Of a DNA stretch of 64,000 bases, positions 47,640-59,011 are shown one piece after another. Source of the DNA: Hyaloraphidium curvatum SAG 235-1 (lineage: Eukaryota > Fungi > Monoblepharomycota); the NCBI GenBank assembly GCA_025558095.1, contig JAIVFI010000004.1:1-64000 (forward strand), in the 5' to 3' direction. The notes under the pieces are model-generated. The model was not told the DNA's origin. It saw nothing but the letters and a program-made list of their open reading frames with translations, and ran no database searches. Position numbers and translations under genes: made by a program. How positions within the stretch are numbered: the first letter of the stretch is position 1; the number at the start of each line of letters is the position of its first letter.

Positions 47640-49044
47640 ATGAGCGCATCGCAGTTCGGCACGCCCCCGCCGGTGCCGACATCGTACCTCAGCCCCGCGG
47701 ACGAGCGGCCCCCGACGCGGCCGCGCTCCCCCTCCGGCCCGCGGCCGCTGCCCGGCTCCCCCGCGTCCCCCTCTTCCGCGTTCGGCGCGCCGCCGCCGGT
47801 GCCCGACTACGGAGCCCCCGACTACGGCGCGTCCTCCCAACCGGCTGAGAGCGCCCCGGGACAGGGCGGCGCCTCTTTCGGCGCCCCGCCCGCTGTTCCG
47901 GACTATTCCTCCCCCGCGGGGGACACTCCGGTCGCCCCCTCCCCGCCGGCCTCGCGCTCCCCCTCCGGCACACTCCCCCAACCCCCCTCCGTCCCCTCGT
48001 ACGCACCCGCCCCGATGCCCACATACGGCTCCTCCCCGCGCCCCGCCGCCGTCGTCGTCGCAGCCACCGCCGCTGACGGCGGCCCGCCCCTCCCCGAGGG
48101 CTGGATCATGGTGCTCGACAAATCATCGGGCAGGTGGTACTTTGTCGACAACCGGACCTCCCCGCCGACGAGTGGGTCCCCGTTTTCCTCCCCCCTCTTT
48201 GATCCGGGAAGCTGATCCCTGCCCGGCAACAGCGACCTGGACCGACCCCCGCACCGGCACCTTTGCCGCTCCGTACTCCTCCGCCTCCGTCGTCGAATCC
48301 GCGGCCGTGGGCGCCGCGGTCGGCGCCGCCGCCGGCCTCACGGCGGCCCGCGCGGCCGGCAACGCTGAGCGGGCGATGAACGCCCCCGCCGCCGCCATCT
48401 ACCACGGCGTGGACAGCATGGAGCGGGTCGCCAACGCGCCGGTGAGGGCGGTGGACAATGCGGTGGCACGGTGGGTGCTTGCGCGCGCCCGGGGTCGGGA
48501 AGTAAGGGGGCTGATCGTCCGGTTGGCGGCAGGGCCGAGTACATGGCCGACGCGCCGCAGAGGATGGTGGACAATACGATCCACCGCGCCGAGTACATCG
48601 CCAACACGCCGCAGCGGATGGTGGACAACACCATCAACCGCGCCGAGTACATCGCCAACACCCCGCAGCGGATGGTGGACAACACCGTCAACAAGGTGGA
48701 ATACATGGCCAACGCGCCGCAGCGGATGGTGGACAACACGATGAACCGCGTGGAGCACATCGCCAACACGCCCCAGAGGATGGTGGACAACACGATGAAC
48801 AAGGTCGAGTACGCCTTGGACGCCCCCGAGCGGATGATGGACCGCGCCGTGAGTCTCCCTCTGCATTTTCCTTCTCCGCACCACGCTGATCCATTTTTGT
48901 GCCGAACTACAGGTTTACACCGCGCAGGCGCCCCAGAGGGCGTTCGACAACACGGTGAACGCGATGCAGCACGCCGCGGACGCGCCAAACAGGGTGCTTG
49001 GCAACGTCAAGAGCATGTTTTCCAAGTTTGGGATCAACTTCTGA
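47640..49044 (+). CDS. WW-domain protein with Pro/Tyr-rich N-terminus and 18-aa tandem repeats (multi-exon)
   Basis: PLPEGWIMVLDKSSGRWYFVDNRTSPPT|.TWTDPR; repeats of AEYIANTPQRMVDNTINR. Confidence 0.85.
48533..48848 (+). repeat. 54-bp coding tandem repeat (~6 close units, with degenerate units in flanking exons)
   Basis: CAG(A/C)GGATGGTGGACAA recurs every 54 nt. Confidence 0.92.
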
Positions 49045-49127
49045 GCCGTGCGGCGGCACGTGGCGTCGTGGCTTCCCGGTGTGTAACGTAGCCCTGGTTA
49101 ACTTAATGCAGTTCCTGGACGATGCAG

Positions 49128-50117
49128 CTACAGCCTGCCCGCCAGCCAGAACGCCACCGCCGCCGCAGCAGCAGCTTCCATCGCGCCCCCACTTGTCCTC
49201 GCCGCCGACCCCGGCTTCGACGTTGTCGTCACCAGCTGCACGTCCACCCTCTCGCACCCTGCCGCCCGATCAGTCCCTTCCCCATCACCCGCACGCGGAA
49301 CCCACCTCCCCGCATCGACGTACCCCCCTGCACCTCGCTGCACCCCTGCCCGACCACCGTCTCCCCCGCCCCCGCCAGCGGCACCGTGCACCCCGCGTCC
49401 TCGAACGCCCCGATCGTCGCCGCCGTGCCGTTGCACGTCGCGAGGGAGTACCGCGGCCCGAGGGGGGTCGGGAGCGCCTGGCACCGCCCGGCGAGCATGG
49501 AGGAGAGGCGGTCGAACGAGGAGGGGGGGCAGGAGGGGGCTTGGACTGTCCGCGCGCATGAGGGGGAGGGGAGGGGCGATGGTTCAGTCGGATGGGGATG
49601 GAGATGGGCGCGGGATAACCCACAGACTTCCAGGGTGACGTAGTCGCCCGACGTCCCGGGCGGGTAGTTTCTGGCACCGCGCCGCGTCAGCCCTGCTGGC
49701 TCCACGTCCGGCGCGGACGACCCACATCTTCAGCGAGTCCGAGCACGACGTCGCGTTGCTCGCCCCGACTTCGGGGTACTTCCTGCAGGCGCCGTCGGAG
49801 GTGGCCGCGAGGACGGCGGGGTCGGTGCAGGAGGATGCGGACGGGAGGGGGCGGGAGTTGCCGCCTGTGCGGGCGCGCGTCATCCACGCCGGTGGATCCA
49901 ACGGGCCGGAAACGCACCTAGGACGGTTCCTGTATGGCGATGCGGTATCGCAAGTGAGGATTCGCCGTCAGCGACAGCTGAGGGAGGGAGGGAGCCGCGG
50001 AGCACCGGTGCAGTTGTCGGACGCGAACACGACGGTGGAGAGGAAGACGGCCGCGGACGCCGGCGGGGCGAGGAGGGCGGCGTAGAGGCAGGCGGAGAGG
50101 AGGGCAGGTAGCCTCAT
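49128..50117 (-). CDS. Secreted Cys-rich, probably GPI-anchored protein (multi-exon)
   Basis: Signal MRLPALLSACLYAALLAPPASA; FASDNCTG, AFEDAGCT motifs; hydrophobic end AAAAAAVAFWLAGRL. Confidence 0.7.
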
Positions 50118-50367
50118 TCTCGCTGTATTCGGCGGAAGCGTTTGGAGTGATTCAGAGCGTTGGGGTGGCAAAGCGAGCAGGCTGTGCGTCAGTGACGCGT
50201 GCCCTCGATCTGCAAAGGAACTTGAGGGCGACTACGATTGCCGAATACCGTCGCACGTCTATTGCAGGCCTCCGGTTCTAAGTGTCCAAGTCAAGTTAGC
50301 GGGCCCTTTGTGCTCTCTGCGATCATCGCGTCCGAGCACCATGGCGAATCGCTGGCGCCTCCGGCTC

Positions 50368-50520
50368 TCAATCCCGCTTGCACCCCGCGGCCGCGGACTC
50401 CGCCGGAGCGCAGACCTTCTTGTGCCTTGGACGGTGGCACTCCTTCGAGCAGAGGAAGGCAAGCCTGCAGCGCGACCCCTTTGCCTCGCGCAGCTTGAAG
50501 GAACGACCGCTCCTACCCCT
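50368..50520 (-). pseudogene. Degenerate MYND finger remnant
   Basis: GSRCRLAFLCSKECHRPRHKKVC matches CxRCxxxxYCSxECQxxxWxxHKxxC with lost ligands and a deletion. Confidence 0.6.
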
Positions 50521-51597
50521 TACCACTACCACTACCAGCGCCGTCGCCAAGTACTGCACCCGCGATACGGAGCTCGCCAACGCCCTCGGCGAGGAGGACG
50601 AGAAGCCCGGGGCCCTTCTGCTCCTCCCTCACTCGTACGCTGACCAGCACTGCCGGCACATGATTTCGAACATCGCCGGAAGCGTGGGCAGCGAGGAAGC
50701 GCGCGACGTCCGCGGCTGTTGCGTAGTGGTCGCCCGACGCGGTGGCGGAGATGGCGTAGGGCTCCATGTACTGCGCGTTCTTTGGATAGCAGACGTCGGC
50801 GAAGGCGGGAGCGAGGTCGTTCGTAAAGTAGACGCCCCGCGCCAACTCGAGCTTGGACGAAATGTGGTCGCGGTAGAAGTCCTGGATGCGCTGGCCGGAG
50901 ACCTTTTCGACGACTGCACCGGCGATAGTTGTTGCCAGGTTCGAGTAGGTTATGCGGGCGCCCGCAGGGTCGAGCGGAGCCGTCCAGAGGCGCCTGGCCG
51001 CCTGTGCCAGCGTCTCGTCCGGGTTCCTGTTGCGGAAGTAGACACCCATCTGCCGCTCGTCCAGCCCCGTCGTGTGGCGCAGGCAGTCCAAGACCTGTAA
51101 TGGATAAGCCAATCACGATGTCCGTGAGCGGGGCCCCGATGCAGCGGCGAGAACCTTACCTTGAGGCTATCGGACCCCTTCAGCCCCTGCAGCTCGGGCA
51201 CCAGGGACACGACGTCATCCTGCAAGCTCAAGTTGCCGCGTTCGTACAGTTGCATCACGGCGGTTGCGGTAAATAGCTTCCCGACGCTGCCGATGCGGAA
51301 GAGGGAGCGCTCCGGATCGGGCTGACCGTTCTCGCGGCCGTCGACCGTGTAGCACGTGCCGACCGTGCGGGGCGACACCACGCGGGCGCGGGTGGTCTGA
51401 TCGACGTAGTGGTGGACAAAGGCAAAGGCGGAGAACTTGCCGTTGGCAGCGTAGGGGGCGATAAATGAGTCAAGCCAAGGAATGACTTCGGCCGGGTCGG
51501 CATGGGCCCTGGTGGCGCTGGGAAAGTGCCCCGAAACGGGCAGCGCCGCCAGGGAGGCGAGCACGAAAGTGCCGATGGCAAAAAGACGGCCGAACAT
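50513..51597 (-). CDS. Secreted beta-lactamase (class C/AmpC-like) family protein, apparently 3'-truncated (2 exons)
   Basis: Signal peptide, FRIGSVGKLFTA (SxxK), LRHTTGL, YSN, ASGDHYATAADVARF; no third HxG/KTG motif before the stop. Confidence 0.8.
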
Positions 51598-51819
51598 CGC
51601 TGGTGGATGGTGCCGTTTGACGTGCTTGACTTGCGTCGTCACGGCCAGCTATTTCACCGCACCTCGAAAGGGCTCGACAAGAAAGATCGAGGTTGCAACG
51701 CCAAGCCCCTCTTACCTTTCCCGCTCCGCAGCACGCAATCTACATTGATAAACTACCGCCGGACGAGCAAATATCGCTGTCCTCCCATACTCCTTGCGCA
51801 GTCGCTCAACCCCCTCCGT

Positions 51820-52950
51820 TCAATCGCCGCCCCTTCTCGGGGCCCAAATCTCCCCGTACCCCCACCTAATCTCCAAACCCGCCCTGGCCTCGCCCGCCGC
51901 CTTCGCCAGGCCCGACTTACGCCTCGCGTCGTACTCGGTCCCGACCGCGTCCGCCAGCGACCCCTGCAGATCCAGCATCTCGAGCCGCTCCCCCAGCGTG
52001 GGATCCGACAAAATACTCCGAAACAGCCCGGCGCCGTCCTCCCCGCCGCGATGGACGAGCCGCTTCAGAGAGGGTAGGCCGCGCAGGAGCGCGGCGAGGT
52101 CGGGATCGAAAACATTGTCACAGCCCGAGAGGTCGAGCGAAAGCAGGCCGGGGAAGTGCGAAGGGATCCACGGGTCGTCGGGGACAAAGGTGCGTGCTCT
52201 GTAGACCGGGGACGAGAGGCGGAGGGAGGTGAGGGGGACGGGCTGAGGCGGGGGAGGGAGGTGCCGCGGGAGGTTGAGGAGCGCGAGGTCGACGAGGGTC
52301 GGAGAGCGGTAGACGGATTCCATGAGCTTCGGCAGGAGGGCCGCAGAGTTGCTCGAGGGGGGAGAGCGCGACGAGTGGGCGCACAGGATGCGGAAGGAGC
52401 ACAGGTTCGGGAGGGGGATCTCGTGGTCGGCGGCGAGGGCCGGCCACAGAGAAAAGGGCGCCAGGTCCACCTTGGCGAGCGAAGGTGTGAGGTCGATGGA
52501 GAGAAGGGTGGTGCGGTGCCGAAGGAAGAGCACTGCAAAGGTCGAGGGGGACGGGACGGTCCGTCCGAGGTGGGATCCAAAGATGAGGTGTTCCACGCCG
52601 TGAATCCGGTCCAGGAGGGCGCGGAGCGAAGTGTCCGGCATCGACGGCCCCGGCCAGTCGTCACTGATGGGATCCGACGGCGATTCGACATGGGCCGAGG
52701 GGGATCCGCCAACGCGCCGGAACCACCCCCGGCCGTTGTCGTCCACCACCGCCGCAAAGCGCTTGGAAACCCGCCGAATCCTGAGCAGGTCCGGCTGCCC
52801 GAAAAAGATAAACATGTGGGCTAGAAGCTGGAATCCGTGGCACCGGAGGGGGGCCGAGAAGAGGTCAGAGTTCACGCGTCGGAAGCCAACTCCGAGGCCA
52901 CGCAAGCTCCAATTCACCTCTGACGGGAATAGGACGTCGAGAGCCTCCAT
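51820..52950 (-). CDS. F-box / LRR protein (one intron near the N-terminus)
   Basis: MEALDVLFPSE|LLAHMFIFFGQPDLLRIRRVSKRF; LTSLRL, LLSLDLSGC, LEMLDL. Confidence 0.8.
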   Translation of the reverse strand: MEALDVLFPSEVNWSLRGLGVGFRRVNSDLFSAPLRCHGFQLLAHMFIFFGQPDLLRIRRVSKRFAAVVDDNGRGWFRRVGGSPSAHVESPSDPISDDWPGPSMPDTSLRALLDRIHGVEHLIFGSHLGRTVPSPSTFAVLFLRHRTTLLSIDLTPSLAKVDLAPFSLWPALAADHEIPLPNLCSFRILCAHSSRSPPSSNSAALLPKLMESVYRSPTLVDLALLNLPRHLPPPPQPVPLTSLRLSSPVYRARTFVPDDPWIPSHFPGLLSLDLSGCDNVFDPDLAALLRGLPSLKRLVHRGGEDGAGLFRSILSDPTLGERLEMLDLQGSLADAVGTEYDARRKSGLAKAAGEARAGLEIRWGYGEIWAPRRGGD

Positions 52951-53219
52951 CTTGGCGATGGAGAGCGAACGGCCGGGGGGGATTAGGAGTCGAAACCGCG
53001 ATTTTGATCGGTTGGGCGATCGGGACGTGGGGCGGTGCCTCCCGCACCACGCGCAGCGATGCGCCCTGCCATGCAGCAATGCGTGCAGCAGGCAGCTCGA
53101 AACTTCTTAAGGCGCGGGCCTCTGCCCTCCCACCCCATCGACATCTGCCCTCGGCCCTCCAGTCGCGCCTCGCCCTCTTCATCCTCGAACCGCCTCCGCA
53201 CCCTCCGCCGTGACCCGAC

Positions 53220-54182
53220 ATGCGCTCTTGGCTCTTCGCCCTCGTCTGCGCCCTGGCCCTGGTGGCCTCGGCCGTCGCTGCTCCCTATAACGGCGGCGAC
53301 AAGCAGGTTGGCCGCGCCTGCCGCCCGTTCGGAGCGTTCTGACTCACCGAATCTCGCCCGGCAGTGCCCCACATACACCAAGTACAAGACGGTCGACAAG
53401 ACCTACACGTACACTTCCACCTACACGAGCTACCAGCCGACGACGACGACGTCCTACAAGACGGTCTACGAGACCAAGACTACGCACGTCCCGACCACCG
53501 TCACCTACCCGAGTGAGCTGCGGCGCGCCCGCTGGCCTCCGACTTCATCTCTGACTCCCCTTGCCTTGCAGCCACGTACACGAGCTACGCTACCGTGACC
53601 AAGTCGGTCCCGTACACCTACACGGCCTACGACACCAAGTACTCCACGTCGACGGTCTACTCGACCTACACCTCGTACGCCACCACGACCGCGTACCAGA
53701 CATATACCACGCCCGTGACGTCCTACTACACCGTGACGCAATACAAGAAGGTGGGCTCAGTCAGAGCTGCGATTCTCTCCCGCCGATCTGGTGCTGACCG
53801 CCTTCTCCCCTTCTGCAGGTCCCGTACACGACCACCGTCTACAAGACGGCGACGTACACCTACCCGACCACCCAAACCAAATACCAGACCTACACCTACG
53901 TCTCGACCTACACCACCAAGGTGCCCACGACCGAGTACCAGACCTACACGACCACCAAGAAGGTGGGCCGATCGCACGTCTCGTCCGCTTCCATTCGCTC
54001 ATCTCCAGCCGTTTCAGGACTACGTGACCTCGTACGTGACCTACACGACTGCCTACCCCTGCTCCTCGTACTCGACGACCCCGACCTACTACCCCCCTTC
54101 GAGCTCGACCTACTCGTCCTCGCGGACGACCGACTACGAGGGCACCTGGGCCACCACGCCGACTCAGGTCGCGGGGAACTGA
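53220..54182 (+). CDS. Secreted Thr/Tyr-rich protein, copy 3 (5 exons)
   Basis: Same signal peptide, introns and C-terminus (GTWATTPTQVAGN*) as copy 1. Confidence 0.88.
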
Positions 54183-54743
54183 GTTGTTTTGACCCCGGGA
54201 ACGGTGTCGCAATTCCCAGCTTGATGATTAGTAGCTTGCGCCTCGATTCCCTGTGATTCCGCGCTGCAGTAGATAAGGCATGCCCATCCTCCATTTCGAA
54301 CTCCATTTCGAAAAGGTGCCCTGCGCCCGCAGCTTCAATCTTTCGTGCGCTTGCAGCGATTGGTGTGGGTCGCATCGACGCAGACCAGGTCCCGGCAAGG
54401 AATATTCTTACGCTTTGCGCCAAATGCCAACATGCACGGCACGTCTGATTTCTCAGTATCGGCAAACCTCTGATTGACAACTATTGATTGATTCCCCTCA
54501 GCTGTGCGCGGATTCGTCGGGGCTTTCGGTGTAGGTGACCTCCCCAGGCAGAACCGTCCTTCTGTTGGCCACCCGGCAGAGATGAGATCAATATCACGTG
54601 GCTTCCGACCCATCTCCGGGCATTCGCGGTGCCTCCTTTCCCGCGATCGATTGGAGTCGGGGCTCGATGGCAGCCACGGGATGAGTCCGAAGAGTCCAGA
54701 CCGCACGGATAGCTCGCTCCCTCCGCGCTCTTCTGCCGCATCG

Positions 54744-57718
54744 ATGCCGGCGGGCGGCGACGGAGACGCGGCCGGCGCGTCGTCGACGCTGTCGACGTGC
54801 GTGCGGTGCCGCCGCGGCCGGCGCCTGTGCTCCAAGACCGCGCCGCGCTGCGGGCGGTGCGCGAGCCGCGGGGTGCCGTGCGTCTTCCGCCTCGCGGGGC
54901 TGCGGCGCGCGGCGGCGGGAGGCGCCGCGGGGGGCACCGCGGCGGACGAATCCTTCGAGGCGGACGACATCCTGGTCGACGGCGTCGTGACGAAATGGGA
55001 CGGCTCGGAGCTGGTCCCCGAGACAAAGAGGGCCTGCGTCGCTTGCCACGGCTCGAAAAGGACCTGCGAAGGCGGCATTCCCTGCGGACGGTGCTCAAAA
55101 TTGGGCCTCGTTTGCGAGGAGCACGTTCCGCGGCGCGGGAAGGCGGCGGCCGGCAAGCCGTCCTCGCCGACCTCTTCCGCAGGCGTCCAGAAGAGGAGGG
55201 CCTCCTCCGGCCGAGAACCTGCCCGGCGGCAGCCGGAACCTCGCAGCTCGGCAAAACGGTCAAGGGCACGGGAGAGCCCGCCGGCATCGGACGATGAGGA
55301 GCCTGAGGAACCTTTATCTCCTCGCGCATGGCCGGACGCCAACCCTGTCGTCAATGGGCGCTCTTTGCTTCAGGAATGCGGACCGGCTCCATTTTCTGGC
55401 ACTTTGCAGCGGCTACCGCCCCAGAACATTCCCCCGGCGTGGCCGATGGGCCCCCCGGGAACGCACCACCTCCCTCCGGATGCTTTTCACGGGCTCCCCG
55501 GCGGACCCCACGCTCTGCCGGGGCCGATCCGCACCGACATTTCCTTCCCAATTAGCGCCTCCTCGTTCACCTCCTCTTCCGGTTCCATCGGCCTCTCTCC
55601 CCGCGAACGCCTCCTTTCGCTGCTGGAACCGGCTTCGGCGGCCATTCCGAAATTGTATCCTCTCGAGATGCCGCTGTTGGATGCCATTTCTCCAACGCTC
55701 GTGATGCCGCCGGATGACAAGACGCCGACAGACTGCTCGGAGAGCACGGTCGAGTACCCGACGGCGGCCTCGACCGCCCCCGCCAAGAGCCTCGTTCCCG
55801 GCTCGTGGGACCCGCCCATTTCCCCCCCCCCGCGCTTCGTGGACCGTTTCCTGTCGCACATCCCGGCGGTCGAAGGCATCCCCGACGGCTTCAAGCTAGG
55901 CTCCCTGGTCCAGACCTTCTTCCAGTCGGTCCAGGAGCTCTTCGGCTACCTGCACAAAAGCTCCTTCTGCGAGGTAGCCCGGAACGACCGCGTGCTCGTC
56001 AGCGCCATGTGCCTGGCGGCTCTGCCGTGGTCGGATTCGCCCGATATCGCGGGCTGCAGTCTGGACCTGCAGCACCGGCTCTTCAAGCAGTGCGTCTCGG
56101 GGATCCTCGCCAGGCTGGACCGGCACCTCCCCCGGATCGCGGACCAGGGCACCGCGGTGGTCAAGACCGACGCGGAACTCGACCCCGTCTGCGAGACGCT
56201 CTTCAGCATGAACATGCTCGCGCTCTGGGCCTCGAACCGCGGCCTCACCGTGCTCTTTGACCAGCTCGCCGACGCCTCCTTCCGCCTGGCCCAGCGGATC
56301 GGCCTGCAGCGCGACGAGGACCTCGGGCCTAGCCATCCCTTCGGCCGGACCACCCGCCGCGAGGCCTGGATCAGGAAGTCGCAGCGCCGCACGCTCTGGT
56401 TCACCGCCGTCTTCACGGCGTGCTTCACCAACTCCCCCTGCAAGCGCTCCGTCCGCCGCGCCGCGGATCTCACCAGGCCGATCGTGGTGCGGCAGTACCA
56501 AAAGTCGCTGTTCGACCGGGACTCGCTGCGGGAGGACTTTGATCCGGACCCGTTCGAGCCCGAGCGGCTGGCGGTGTTCCCGCAGCTCGGCCGGCCGCTC
56601 GTGTTCGGCGACCTGGTGGACTGGATGTCCCTGCCGCGCGGGCACCCGCGGCGCGCGGAGCTGCTCGAGGTCGTGGGGAGGGTGCTCTCCAACGACGGCC
56701 GCTTCGACTCGAGGTTCGAGTACATCGCCGACTACCTCTTCCACACGCTGCGCAGGGACGTGGACGATTTCCTCGCCGCGTGCAAGGAAGCCGGCATCGG
56801 CCCGGCCGACCTCCGCGGCCCCGGCTTCCCCCACGGGGCGCTGGCCGCCCGCGCCGCGCGGATCCGGGAGAACATCGCGGACCTCCTCTCCTGCCCGCCG
56901 CACGACATGCGCGAGGCCGAGGAGGTCGGCGACTACCCCCGCCTGTACCGGTACTTTGCCAACGCGGACCCGCGCGTGGACGGGCAGGGCATCCACGCGC
57001 GCACGCAGGTCACGTTCTGGCTGGGGATCAGGCTGATGCTGCTGGACGTCATCTCGGGGCTGGGGATGCACGGATTCGAGGAGATCGCGGGGGGGGCGAT
57101 CGATGCCGAGTTTGCGGATGCGCGGAGGCTGGCCGAGTGCATCAAGCACGCCGTGATTTACACCCGGCATCTGCAGAGCATGGTGGGCACGGGAAAGGAG
57201 CAGATGTGTTGGAGATGCGCTAAATGTCTTCGCCAGATGGACTTCAGCAACGTGACATTCGACATCGACGCCACGGGCCCAGCGGCGCCGAAGGTTTGTC
57301 CCTGTCGCACGTTTCTGCGGGCTTGTCGTGACAAACACCCTTGCAGGTCGGAGCATTCCACCTGGCCCTCCTCCGGTCGTACCTCCGCTCGGGCCTCCCC
57401 CTCGACCCCGCCGTCGCCCGCGGCCTGGACGCCGACCTCGACGTCTGTCTGCGGTACGTCCGCCTGCGCGCGCCCCGCAACGCGCCCCCCGGCGCGGCGG
57501 CGCACAACTCGGGCGTCGCGGCGAGGTTCTCGCGGCTCGTGGCGGCGTTCAAGGCTTCGGCCGAGTACCTCGCGTGGTTCCGCACGCAGCCCGAGGTGGT
57601 TCGGGAAGCCGAGGGGCACGGGCATGGGGACGTGGATGCGGACGACGAAAGGAGGGTGGAGGCGGAGAGCTTGGGCGCGGAGGTCGAGAAGAGGGTGGGG
57701 TGGTTGCAGGGCGAGTAG
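54744..57718 (+). CDS. Transcription factor with two Zn2Cys6 clusters and a fungal TF middle-homology-like region (introns near the 3' end)
   Basis: CVRCRRGRRLCSKTAPRCGRCASRGVPC and CVACHGSKRTCEGGIPCGRCSKLGLVC; FGYLHKSSF, AQRIGL, QRRTLW. Confidence 0.9.
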
Positions 57719-57796
57719 GGCTTTGGACGTCCGTCACGGCTGCGGTTACAGTTTGTAATGTTCGGCAAGTTGCAATGTACATCTTCGACTTCGCAT

Positions 57797-59011
57797 CTAG
57801 TTTCCGTTCATCATCACCGGTTTACCGAATCCCGCGTGATGATCTGCAGCAGGCTCGTTGAATGGCACTTCCTCGTAGGGCGCCCTCGCCGCCAGCGTGT
57901 AGTCGCTGGGCGACATCGGAGGCCCGTCGTAGATCATGGGAGGCGGCGGCGGTACCGCCGCTGGACGCGGGGCCATCTCCGTCGTCGGCCTCGCCGTGCC
58001 CGTCTCGATTCCCCCGTCCTCCCAACCATCCCTGACCGCGTAGGTCGCGGGCCACATGTCGACGACAAACGTCAGCAGGTATCCGCCGATCAGCAGCGCG
58101 ACGAGCCATTCGAGCACGGCGGCGGCGGAATCCAGCGTGTTGCACCGGGGCGAGGGCTGCGCATTGGCACCGACACCGCACGGTACCATCAATCCGATCA
58201 TCGTAATAGTGCAGGCTGTGAACGCCGGCGTTTCGACGATGCCCGCAGCGTCGGTTGGTGGGCAGTTGGAGAAGATGAGGCGCCCCGGGAGCGGAGAGAC
58301 GACGATCAGAGAGCTGCCGGCCATCGGGTGAACTCGGCCCACCGAGAGCAAGACCGACGATCACCCCCTTGGCCGCCGAGCTAAACCGCAGGTGACGCCG
58401 CCCGCGATACCGATGGTGGAGGCCGCGGACCTCGAGTGCGTTGAATAGGGCGGAAAGAGAGAGGCCTGGGTGGGATGAACGAGCAGTGAGATCGGGGCCA
58501 AACCAGACCGATGATGGACTAACAAACAATGAAAGCAAGCGTAAAGCTCCAGTGGAGACTATTGTAGTTCACAGTGTCGTAGATCGTGAGCAGAATGAGG
58601 ACTTGAAACGGGAGAGCGGTGTCATTCGCGAACGGGTGACAACACACCAAGCCAACACCCACAAGCGGCGCCGGCGGTGGCGAAGATGATCGTCAGCGCT
58701 GCATTGACTTTCTGCGCCGTCGTCACATCGCCCGGAACATGTTTCGAGCGCCGGCGGAGGAAGTACAATTCCACGAGCGTGAAAACGAAAAGCACCGCGG
58801 TCGTCGTGCCGAGCCCGATGAAAAGACCCTTGTAGACGGATCCGACATCGGAAATGAAGGCAACAGTGGCGTCCGCAACCTTGTAGCGAGGTGCGCCGGA
58901 GGACGCCCACAGGCCGAGCAGGCTGAAGATGAGGGAGTACCAGCAGAGGGCCGCGACGAGGGGAATCAGGGGGAGCAGTCGCTCGGCCGTAGTAACAACT
59001 GCGCCGGCCAT
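57797..59011 (-). CDS. Frag1/DRAM/Sfk1 family membrane protein (multi-exon)
   Basis: LIPLVAALCWYSLIFSLLGLW..PRY..VAFISDVGSVYKGLFI, SAAAVLEWLVALLIGGYLLTFVVDMWPA. Confidence 0.85.

Noticed and set aside
48533-48848. CRISPR-like regular repeats
   Set aside because: Contiguous 54-bp in-frame coding units with no unique spacers; eukaryotic context and no cas genes
50545-50680. Plus-strand TRDTELANAL...HCRHMISN resembling a MULE transposase motif
   Set aside because: Short, wrongly spaced, no TIRs or other transposase sequence; the minus-strand MYND relic explains the region better
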